From assembly GCA_002774705.1 (NCBI GenBank), contig PFCN01000033.1, positions 1,277 through 53,399 of the forward strand: 52,123 bases of DNA, written 5' to 3'. Origin of the DNA: Candidatus Niyogibacteria bacterium CG10_big_fil_rev_8_21_14_0_10_42_19. GTDB taxonomy: Bacteria; Patescibacteriota; Minisyncoccia; 1-14-0-10-42-19. Below the pieces are notes generated by a model. It worked only from the letters and a program-made list of their open reading frames with translations, did no database searches and had not been told where the DNA came from. Below are positions 45,432 to 52,123 of this stretch, piece after piece (within the stretch, counting starts at the first letter, position 1; the number at the start of each line of letters is the position of its first letter). A program made the translations under genes and the position numbers.

Positions 45432-46715
45432 ATGAAAGAAAATATCGTGGTTTCGTGTCTTTCGAACGGCATTCGTGTCATCACGCAAGAGAGAGAAACC
45501 GAGGCAGTCGCGTTTTGTTTTTTTGTCGGCTGTGGTTCGAGAAATGAAAAAGATGAAATAGTTGGAGTTTCTCACGCGCTTGAGCATTCGATGTTCAAAG
45601 GCACTTCTTTAAGAACGGCACACGACATTGCAAGAGAAACGGAAGGCAAGGGAGCGGAGATCAACGCTTTTACGTCGGAGGAGTGTACCTGTTATTGGTT
45701 CGCGGCTCCGGCTGATACATTCAGGGAAGTTGCCGAAGTTTATGCCGACTCTCTTCATAATTCTCTTCTTGACGAAAAAGAATGGTCCACAGAACAAAAG
45801 AATATTCTTGAAGAGCGTCTTATGTATGAGGAGAGCAACACGTTGTGCGTTCAAAGCATTTTACTGCCGGAGGCAATGTTTAATCTGCAGATGAGCGTTA
45901 TCGGTTCGATAAAGACGATCAAAAGAATAAAACCTATCCACATGCGGGAGCTGATAAAAGAATGGTATTTGCCCGAGAACATTATTATTTCGGTTGCCGG
46001 GGGTATCAAACATAAGGTCATTCTTGAAATATGCGAAGAGTTGTTCGGGAATTTTCATAAGTCTTGGGATGTGAACCCAAAACTTCCAACCCTAAATCCC
46101 CTACCCGCGCAAAGCCCCGAGCCCTATGTTGAAAAAATAAGAAAAGAAAAGCAATTCGGTATCGCCATGGGTTTTCGCGCTTATTCCAAAACAGATGAGC
46201 GTAGTCATGCGGCAAGTCTTTTGAATTTGATTCTTGGCGGGGGGATGTCCTCGCGCTTATTCCAGGAGGTAAGAGAAAAAAGGGGTTTTGCTTATTCCGT
46301 CTATTCTTCGCGTGAGGGATTTAAGGATACCGGAACATTTTCAATTACGGCATTTACATCCAATCCTCTTGAGGCCCTTCCGGTTATTATTAAAGAACTG
46401 GGCAAGATCAGGAAGTCTCCGGTGAGCGATCGCGAGATCCGGGACGCAAAAATCGCAAGGAAAGCTTTTTCTAAAAAGGAAGAAGGCTCCGTTTCTTTTG
46501 CTTTAAGAAATGCTTCGTCTATTTTTTACCACGGCAGAATAATCGGTCGTGATGAAGGATATAAAAAAATAGAAGGCGTTAGTAAGAAAGATATTTTGGC
46601 CGTAGCGCGGGATATTTTTGTCCCCGATAATATCACGATCGCCTTAACTGGTCCTCGGTCTTGGTATCCGGAGATACAAGAAGAAATACATTTTAATTTT
46701 AAAAAACGGCTTTAA
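45432..46715 (+). CDS. M16-family (insulinase/pitrilysin-like) zinc peptidase
   Basis: Inverted zinc motif HALEHSMFKG (HxxEH) and a two-domain length of 427 aa. Confidence 0.85.
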   Translation: MKENIVVSCLSNGIRVITQERETEAVAFCFFVGCGSRNEKDEIVGVSHALEHSMFKGTSLRTAHDIARETEGKGAEINAFTSEECTCYWFAAPADTFREVAEVYADSLHNSLLDEKEWSTEQKNILEERLMYEESNTLCVQSILLPEAMFNLQMSVIGSIKTIKRIKPIHMRELIKEWYLPENIIISVAGGIKHKVILEICEELFGNFHKSWDVNPKLPTLNPLPAQSPEPYVEKIRKEKQFGIAMGFRAYSKTDERSHAASLLNLILGGGMSSRLFQEVREKRGFAYSVYSSREGFKDTGTFSITAFTSNPLEALPVIIKELGKIRKSPVSDREIRDAKIARKAFSKKEEGSVSFALRNASSIFYHGRIIGRDEGYKKIEGVSKKDILAVARDIFVPDNITIALTGPRSWYPEIQEEIHFNFKKRL

Positions 46716-46727
46716 GCCGTTTTTTTA
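46701..46727 (+). terminator. Terminator of the M16 peptidase gene
   Basis: AAAAAACGGC-TTTAA-GCCGTTTTTTT includes the stop codon. Confidence 0.7.
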
Positions 46728-46763
46728 TATTTAAATATTTTTTTGTTGCTATTTTTTTTCTTT

Positions 46764-46791
46764 CTAAAAAAATCCCGCTTTTAGCGGGATT
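46764..46791 (-). terminator. Terminator of gdh
   Basis: AATCCCGC-TTTTA-GCGGGATT, followed by a T7 run on the minus strand. Confidence 0.75.
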
Positions 46792-46796
46792 GATAA

Positions 46797-48119
46797 TTAT
46801 TCATTGAAAAATGGAAAATCGTTTTCGTCGGGCCATTTTCCTTCGTGTTTACCTTCAAATGCTCCGATAAGGCGTTCTATCGCAAGGTGATAGGCGCCCA
46901 TGCGGAGAGTTGTATTATACCGTACCGAAGTTTTTACCACTTCCGCGGTATTTATTTGCATTCTTTTTTCAAGACGGTCAGTTACCTCTTCCATCGAAAA
47001 TCGACGAGTTCGCGTATTTTGCAGCCATTCATAATGGGAAACAGTGACTCCTCCGGCGTTGGCCAGAATATCCGGAACGCAGATAATACCTTTATCTTTA
47101 AAAATTTTGTCGGCTTCCGGAGTGGTTGGGCCGTTGGCAAGCTCGAATATAAAGGGGGCGTTAACACTTTCCGCATTTTCTTTATTAAGCACATTCTCAA
47201 TCGCCGCAGGCACCAGAATGTCGCATGCAAGGGTCAGGAGAGTTTTATTGTTTATTTTTTGGCCTTTTTTGAATTTAGAAATGGTTTTTTTCTCTCTGGA
47301 CTCTTCATCTAATTCTTTGAAAGAAAATCCTTCGGGGTTATAAATTCCTCCATTCACGTCGCTTACGGCTATGACTTTCACGTTAAAGCTTGGAGCAAGT
47401 TTTATAAAATTCGATCCGACATTTCCGAATCCCTGAACCACCGCTTGAAGGGTGTGACTTGGAAGTACGCGTTGTTCCTGTAAACTTTTAAGCACGTAGA
47501 AGCCGCCCAAAGCCGTCGCGATCTTGCGTCCGTGGATGCCGTCCGAACCATGAGCGACGGGCTTTCCCGAAACCACCGCGTCAGGATGAGGAATATGCCG
47601 GCGTTGGTTCATGCTGATGTATTTATTAGCAATGACCGACATGATGCGCGCATCCGTTCCCATATCCGGAGCCAAGCGGTCCAGTAATGGCCCGATGCTG
47701 TCTCCGAGCTCGGAGACGAATTCCTCGGTTATCGTTTTCAGATCGGAAAACGAATACGCGCGAGGGTCAATTGCTATCCCGCCCTTAGCGCCTCCGAAAG
47801 GAAGCCCGACAACCGCGTTCTTAAGGGTCATATCCATTGCCAGACCTTTCATCTGCTCTATCGTAACGAGCGGATGATAGCGCAGGCCCCCGCCATAAGG
47901 ACGGAGTCCCGTGGAATAGGGATTCCGGTGCTTTATGCGGATTGCCTGAAAATGATGATATTTTCCATCGGTAAGTTTGGCGCGGATAGTGAGAGCTAAT
48001 ATTTCTTTGAAACTTTTCAATTCCTGAACTTGCCAGGAATCATTTTTATGCCCCTGCTCTTTTAGAGCGGTGTCCATGTAATGCAAAACGTGCTCAAATA
48101 GAGGATTTTTTTCGGCCAT
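46797..48119 (-). CDS. gdhA: Glutamate dehydrogenase (Glu/Leu/Phe/Val dehydrogenase family)
   Basis: Active-site GLPFGGAKGGI, a Rossmann fold (VQGFGNVG), and SD GGAGGA upstream. Confidence 0.9.
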   Translation of the reverse strand: MAEKNPLFEHVLHYMDTALKEQGHKNDSWQVQELKSFKEILALTIRAKLTDGKYHHFQAIRIKHRNPYSTGLRPYGGGLRYHPLVTIEQMKGLAMDMTLKNAVVGLPFGGAKGGIAIDPRAYSFSDLKTITEEFVSELGDSIGPLLDRLAPDMGTDARIMSVIANKYISMNQRRHIPHPDAVVSGKPVAHGSDGIHGRKIATALGGFYVLKSLQEQRVLPSHTLQAVVQGFGNVGSNFIKLAPSFNVKVIAVSDVNGGIYNPEGFSFKELDEESREKKTISKFKKGQKINNKTLLTLACDILVPAAIENVLNKENAESVNAPFIFELANGPTTPEADKIFKDKGIICVPDILANAGGVTVSHYEWLQNTRTRRFSMEEVTDRLEKRMQINTAEVVKTSVRYNTTLRMGAYHLAIERLIGAFEGKHEGKWPDENDFPFFNE

Positions 48120-48180
48120 GTGCCTTTCCTCCGGTTTATTTAAAAGAAACTCCTATTATCTTATTAACCCTTAGACGGGA

Positions 48181-48217
48181 AAAAGTAAAGAAAATCCCCA
48201 CCATTTATGGCGGGGAT
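48181..48217 (-). terminator. Hairpin plus T-rich tail upstream of gdh (would terminate minus-strand transcription from the small-ORF region)
   Basis: ATCCCCACC-ATTTAT-GGCGGGGAT has one mismatch. Confidence 0.45.
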
Positions 48218-48498
48218 CATATCTTTTACTCTATAATTACCACGTCATTATCTTTATTGAGCATCAATTTGCCACTGCTCAGCAGAGATATGACCGCATA
48301 ACAGACATCTCCTTCGTAACAAAAGGAACCCGCTTAGTCCGCAATACATCAATAATCTCATCCAAAGACATGGAAGCATTCTTTTATTTTAAAAGATGCT
48401 CGATCCCTGTTTTTAGTCCGCTATAAATCTTAAGTTTTTCGACGATTGTTCTTTCGTCACGACTTTTTCTTGTTGGTGTCATGCAACATCATTTGAGT

Positions 48499-48813
48499 TT
48501 ATTTTTTTCTGATAACAAATTTTCTATTTATATTAAAATCCAGTTCCCCGCAATCTATTAGGCACCATACGGCTCTTTTTATCTGAGAAACACAATATGG
48601 CTTTTTCAAAAGCTTGCTGAGTATTACGCTCATCGTTGTTTCGCCTTCAACCCCTACCAGAAGCAGTATGCTTTTTCTCAGACGCTTGTCTTTTTTGGAT
48701 ATCAAATCGTCCTCCCTTTCGGTTTTGGTTTTTAATGTACATCTTGAGGTGGGCGATAGAGCCCCGCATTCGCGGGATTGCTGTTTGTTACCAATCGTTT
48801 CACTCTTGGACAA
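48499..48813 (-). CDS. Hypothetical small protein (possible winged-helix-like C-terminus); start uncertain
   Basis: The track start at 48813 is TTG. An internal ATG would give a 44-aa product (MSVILSKLLKK...). No recognisable motifs. Confidence 0.3.
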   Translation of the reverse strand: MSKSETIGNKQQSRECGALSPTSRCTLKTKTEREDDLISKKDKRLRKSILLLVGVEGETTMSVILSKLLKKPYCVSQIKRAVWCLIDCGELDFNINRKFVIRKK

Positions 48814-48845
48814 ACAGGGAAAACTACCGTTTGCGCAATGTTCAT

Positions 48846-48951
48846 CCCGTTAGAAGTTTAACTTTGGACTCACCGGGAATCGAACCCGGGCCTCCGCAAT
48901 GCGAATGCGGTGTAATACCACTTTACTATGAGCCCATATACTTATAACGGG
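48846..48951. repeat. Inverted pair of the CCCGTTAGAAG motif bracketing tRNA-Ala
   Basis: CCCGTTAGAAG at 48846-48856 and CTTATAACGGG at 48941-48951 pair at 10 of 11 positions. Confidence 0.65.
48865..48935 (-). tRNA. tRNA-Ala (anticodon CGC)
   Basis: Acceptor GGGCTCA/TGAGTCC with the G3:U70 identity pair, anticodon loop TTCGCAT, T arm CCGGG-TTCGATT-CCCGG, discriminator A. No CCA encoded. Confidence 0.9.
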
Positions 48952-48952
48952 A

Positions 48953-48986
48953 CGGGTGCGCTGTTATACCACTTGACTACGGGCCC
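48953..48986 (-). pseudogene. Truncated tRNA 5' half (acceptor strand + D arm + 5' anticodon stem only)
   Basis: GGGCCCG-TA-GTCA-AGTGGTA-TAAC-A-GCGCA shares its layout and D loop with the adjacent tRNA-Ala. No 3' anticodon stem, T arm or 3' acceptor strand follows. Confidence 0.5.
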
Positions 48987-49103
48987 TAAATTCCGGCGTA
49001 GCCGGAATCGAAACTAAATACTAAAACTTCTCTTAGTATTTCAAATTAAGATTAATATAAATTTAGAAATAAGTTAAGTCCTCCAACGATTTGATATAAG
49101 CCC

Positions 49104-50306
49104 TTACGCGGTTGCTCTGATGACCTCTTCGGGCGAGGTTATTCCGGCTCGTATTTTTTGGATGCCGTCTTCTCGGATAGTTTTTAGCCCTTTTTCTATG
49201 GCAAGCTTTTCTATTTCGGAGGCCGAGGCCTTGTTTAAGATCAAGGCTCTTATATCTTCATCAATATTGAGTATTTCAAACAATACGCTTCGTCCGTAAA
49301 AACCCGAATCAAGACACTCTTTACATCCTTCGCCCTTGAAAAATGTTTCTGAAGGATCCATGTTGAGAATTTTTAGCACATCGGGTGAGGGCGTATAGGA
49401 GGTGCGGCAGTTGGTACAAACCTTTCTAACCAAGCGTTGCCCGATGACTCCAGATAAAGCGTAAGCGACGAGGTCGCGTTCAACATTCATATCCAAAAGA
49501 CGTGAAACAGCGCCCACACTGGTGTTCGAGTGCAGGGTGGAAAGAACCATTCTTCCGGTGAGCGAGACGCGAATGGAGTTTTCCGCCGTTTCCAGGTCTC
49601 TTATCTCCCCTATCATTATTACGTCCGGGTCTTGCCTAAGGACTGATTTTATCCCAACCTCATAAGTGTATCCTTGGTGGGGAACGATCTGGCTCTGCCT
49701 GACCCTTTCCATGTAATATTCAACCGGGTCTTCAATTGTCATTATGTTTACGTTGTCGCCAGACAGTTCTTTAAGTATTGAATAAAGTGTCGTTGTTTTT
49801 CCGGCGTTTGCCGGGCCTGTTACGAGCACCATTCCGTGTGTTTTATGAATCATTTTTTTAACCGCTTTAAAATCTTTTTCCTCGGAAAACCCTAAATCTT
49901 TAAGTGAGATTAAGAGATCGGTACGGTTAAGAATACGCATAACTACCGCCTCTCCGTAAACGGTCGGGAAAAACGAACAGCGTATGTCTAATACTCTTCT
50001 TTTTATTTTTTCTCCGTCTTTTACTCCTTCGGACGCGGCCCAGACAAAATGTCCTTCTTGAGGAATTGTATGCTGGGTAATATCCAAGTTGCTTATTACT
50101 TTGAGGTGAGATACGAAATTTTCGTAATCTATGATCGGACGGTCGCCGATAAATTCCAAGACTCCATCAATTCTTAACCTTATGATCATTGAATCCGGAC
50201 CCGGGTCAATATGGATGTCGGAAGCCCGACTTTCCTGGGCGGCATAAAGAACGGACTCTTTCAAGTCTTCTGCCGAAACCGTCCCCTCCTCTTTTAGTTT
50301 GCTCAT
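49104..50306 (-). CDS. GspE/PilB-family ATPase, short form without the N-terminal domain (paralog 3)
   Basis: Variant Walker A GPANAGKTTTLYS, Asp/His boxes, tetracysteine CTNC...CKECLDSGFYGR. 400 aa. Confidence 0.8.
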   Translation of the reverse strand: MSKLKEEGTVSAEDLKESVLYAAQESRASDIHIDPGPDSMIIRLRIDGVLEFIGDRPIIDYENFVSHLKVISNLDITQHTIPQEGHFVWAASEGVKDGEKIKRRVLDIRCSFFPTVYGEAVVMRILNRTDLLISLKDLGFSEEKDFKAVKKMIHKTHGMVLVTGPANAGKTTTLYSILKELSGDNVNIMTIEDPVEYYMERVRQSQIVPHQGYTYEVGIKSVLRQDPDVIMIGEIRDLETAENSIRVSLTGRMVLSTLHSNTSVGAVSRLLDMNVERDLVAYALSGVIGQRLVRKVCTNCRTSYTPSPDVLKILNMDPSETFFKGEGCKECLDSGFYGRSVLFEILNIDEDIRALILNKASASEIEKLAIEKGLKTIREDGIQKIRAGITSPEEVIRATA

Positions 50307-50362
50307 AATTTTTTTATATCAAATAAAAACCCAACAGTCGAGGAATAAAAAAAATAAAAATA

Positions 50363-50433
50363 TCGGGGTGCCGAGAATCGAACTCGGTCTTTACGCACCC
50401 GAAGCGCACGTACTGCCGGTATACTACACCCCG
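50363..50433 (-). tRNA. tRNA-Pro (anticodon CGG)
   Basis: Acceptor CGGGGTG/CACCCCG (C1:G72), anticodon loop TTCGGGT, T arm CCGAG-TTCGATT-CTCGG, discriminator A. No CCA encoded. Confidence 0.9.
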
Positions 50434-50507
50434 AAAACATTTTTAAAACTTAAAGCGCGTCTTATGAATTTTAACTGTCTAAAGGCGCGCGCCTGTATGT
50501 CGCAATC

Positions 50508-52019
50508 TCACCTTACGAAGTATTTTTTCCTAATCGTTTCTACCTCTTTTTGTTCTATAGCCTGTTTTACATTTTTGGCATATTCTCCCATTTTTTGCAA
50601 CTCTTTTTCATCAAGCCGGTTTAACTCTTCAACTCTCTTTTCTTGGTATTCGCGGTTATTTAGAGACTCGTCTTCAATGACTTCTTCAAGGAGAATGTGG
50701 AGAATATATCCGACCTTAGGTCCGGGTTCAATCTTGGCTATTTTTATCACATCTTCGCCGTTTACGGTTAATTGAGTAACCGAAAGAGGTGAACGAAGCG
50801 CTTCTTCTATCATTGATTCATATTTACGGAGTCTAAAAGGGCGCTCTTTGGGCCTAGACATACCGACTCTGTCGCAGTACCGTACTTTCATTAAGTTCCA
50901 AATGTTTTCTTCCCCAACATGTCGTATGATCCTTTTTACCGCGGAAAGGGTGATTACTTCGGTATCGGAGAAAAATAAATGCCACCTTACCAGCTTAGCG
51001 ACGTCTTCAATAATCTTATTCGGGAACTTTAAACGTTTAAGAGCTTGAGCGGTAATTTTTCCTCCGACCACATCATGTCCATAAAAAGTTGAATCATGGC
51101 CTTCCCCTTTTTTAGTTCTCGGTTTACCTACATCATGAAGAAGGGCGCTTAGTCTTATTTTAAGAGGCCATTTATTTTCAGCCGCATGTTTTAAGGCCCT
51201 AATATTATGTTCCCAAACAGTATAAATATGTTCTTTGTTCTGAGTGACCCCCCAACCCTCTTCCAGCTCCGGAAGGACGTGTTTTAATATGCCAAGCTCG
51301 CGCATTATTTCTAAACCCACATCCGGAGAGTCCGAATTTATTGTTTTGGCGAACTCGTCTCTGATACGTTCTTTTGAGATTAATTTTAGTAAGTCGGCAT
51401 TATTCCTTAAAGATTCTTTTGTTTTATCCTCGATCGAAAAATTAAATTCGGAAACAAACCGAATCGCCCTAATGATCCTTAAGGCGTCTTCGTTAAAACG
51501 TTCATTTGCGTCCCCTACGGCCCTGATAATGCCATGTTTAAGGTCTTTTTGGCCGTTGAACGGGTCCACGATTTCATAATCTTTCGGATTTTCATTTTTT
51601 ATACTTAAAGCTATTGCGTTAATCGTAAAATCACGCCTTGCGAGATCGTCTTCTAATTTATCGGTAAATTTTACTTTGTCGGGGTGCCTTTTATCGGTAT
51701 ATTTCTCCTCTAACCGATAAGGAGTTATTTCAATTACGGCCAGAGTGGGGTTTTCGGATTCTGTTTTAACACCGACCGTACCGAAGCTATTTTCATAAAA
51801 ACTGTTCGGGAATATTTTTTGTATCTCTTTGGGTTTTGCGTTTGTGGTTAAATCCCAATCTTTAGGCTCCTTACCGCTTAAAATATCGCGGACGCACCCG
51901 CCAACCAAAAAAGCCTCAAAACCATGCTTCTGGAGTTTCGAGGAAATTTGTATGGTCTCATTCGGTATAGCCAATTTTTCTTTTTCTTCGGGCATAATTT
52001 TTAATCTTTCGAAATTCAT
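50508..52019 (-). CDS. cca: CCA-adding enzyme / tRNA nucleotidyltransferase with an HD domain
   Basis: Class II NTase head GGCVRD...K..DWDL.T, RRDFT.NA, and HD motif LLHDVGKP. Confidence 0.85.
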   Translation of the reverse strand: MNFERLKIMPEEKEKLAIPNETIQISSKLQKHGFEAFLVGGCVRDILSGKEPKDWDLTTNAKPKEIQKIFPNSFYENSFGTVGVKTESENPTLAVIEITPYRLEEKYTDKRHPDKVKFTDKLEDDLARRDFTINAIALSIKNENPKDYEIVDPFNGQKDLKHGIIRAVGDANERFNEDALRIIRAIRFVSEFNFSIEDKTKESLRNNADLLKLISKERIRDEFAKTINSDSPDVGLEIMRELGILKHVLPELEEGWGVTQNKEHIYTVWEHNIRALKHAAENKWPLKIRLSALLHDVGKPRTKKGEGHDSTFYGHDVVGGKITAQALKRLKFPNKIIEDVAKLVRWHLFFSDTEVITLSAVKRIIRHVGEENIWNLMKVRYCDRVGMSRPKERPFRLRKYESMIEEALRSPLSVTQLTVNGEDVIKIAKIEPGPKVGYILHILLEEVIEDESLNNREYQEKRVEELNRLDEKELQKMGEYAKNVKQAIEQKEVETIRKKYFVR

Positions 52020-52123
52020 TTATAGTGAATTATACAGCAACTTGACACATATTTGCAAGCATTACATAATTTTTTCATAAAAATATTATTATTTTATGTG
52101 AGGAAGGTGTTTATAAGTTTTAT

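Noticed and set aside
48936-49010. A complete or permuted/split tRNA formed by the 5' half at 48953-48986 together with the TTCGATTCCGG-like sequence at 48972-49000.
   Set aside because: The TTCGATTCC-like string is simply one arm of an 8-bp hairpin (ATTCCGGC-GTA-GCCGGAAT). Its adjoining bases are not complementary to the GGGCCCG acceptor strand, and no 3' anticodon stem exists.
1-52123. CRISPR arrays, rRNA genes, transposases/integrases, group I/II introns and an alternative genetic code (UGA sense, as in some candidate phyla).
   Set aside because: There are no regularly spaced direct repeats, no rRNA-like segments and no recombinase-like ORFs. TGA clearly terminates conserved genes (rpmH, yidD, ruvA, the PLP enzyme), and the long ORFs are uninterrupted under code 11.

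Overview
This is a 52.1-kb, AT-rich, densely coding bacterial chromosomal segment with about 50 protein genes, 3 tRNAs, and no rRNA, CRISPR array, transposase or integrase. It spans the replication-origin neighbourhood: rnpA-rpmH diverges from dnaA-dnaN, followed by yidD-yidC-jag.

Main gene content:
- DNA repair and recombination: rarA, uvrB, ruvA, ruvB, ruvC-yebC.
- Cell wall: class A PBP, murB, a Mur ligase.
- Translation and proteostasis: tyrS, nusA, tig, clpP, cca.
- Fermentative energy genes: a fused-subunit pyruvate/2-oxoacid:ferredoxin oxidoreductase operon, glutamate dehydrogenase, H+-pyrophosphatase.
- A type IV pilus operon headed by a two-component system (HK-RR-pilB-pilC-three prepilins-pilM), plus two further GspE/PilB-family ATPases elsewhere.

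Short genes, a trigger factor without a PPIase domain, tRNAs without encoded CCA, and a secretin-less pilus suggest a small-genome Patescibacteria/CPR-like organism. That placement is inference only. Standard code 11 fits, since TGA is used as a stop.

Observations most worth a second look:
1. A DEDDy exonuclease fused to a WYL sensor domain, next to a YkuK/DUF458 gene.
2. A dispersed intergenic motif TCCCGTTAGAA(A/G). It is always arranged as direct plus inverted copies, sits exactly 36 nt from the start codon of two unrelated genes, and in one locus brackets tRNA-Ala.
3. A perfect consensus promoter in front of a ~130-nt element closed by a 17-bp stem, with no ORF: an orphan ncRNA candidate between ruvB and pilB2.
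4. A por operon in which the delta-ferredoxin is fused to a GltD-like NAD(P)H flavoprotein and alpha is fused to beta.
5. GC-rich hairpin elements, one pair showing a compensatory base-pair change, and truncated tRNA 5' halves upstream of two tRNA genes.

All calls come from reading the sequence and the ORF track. No database search was run.
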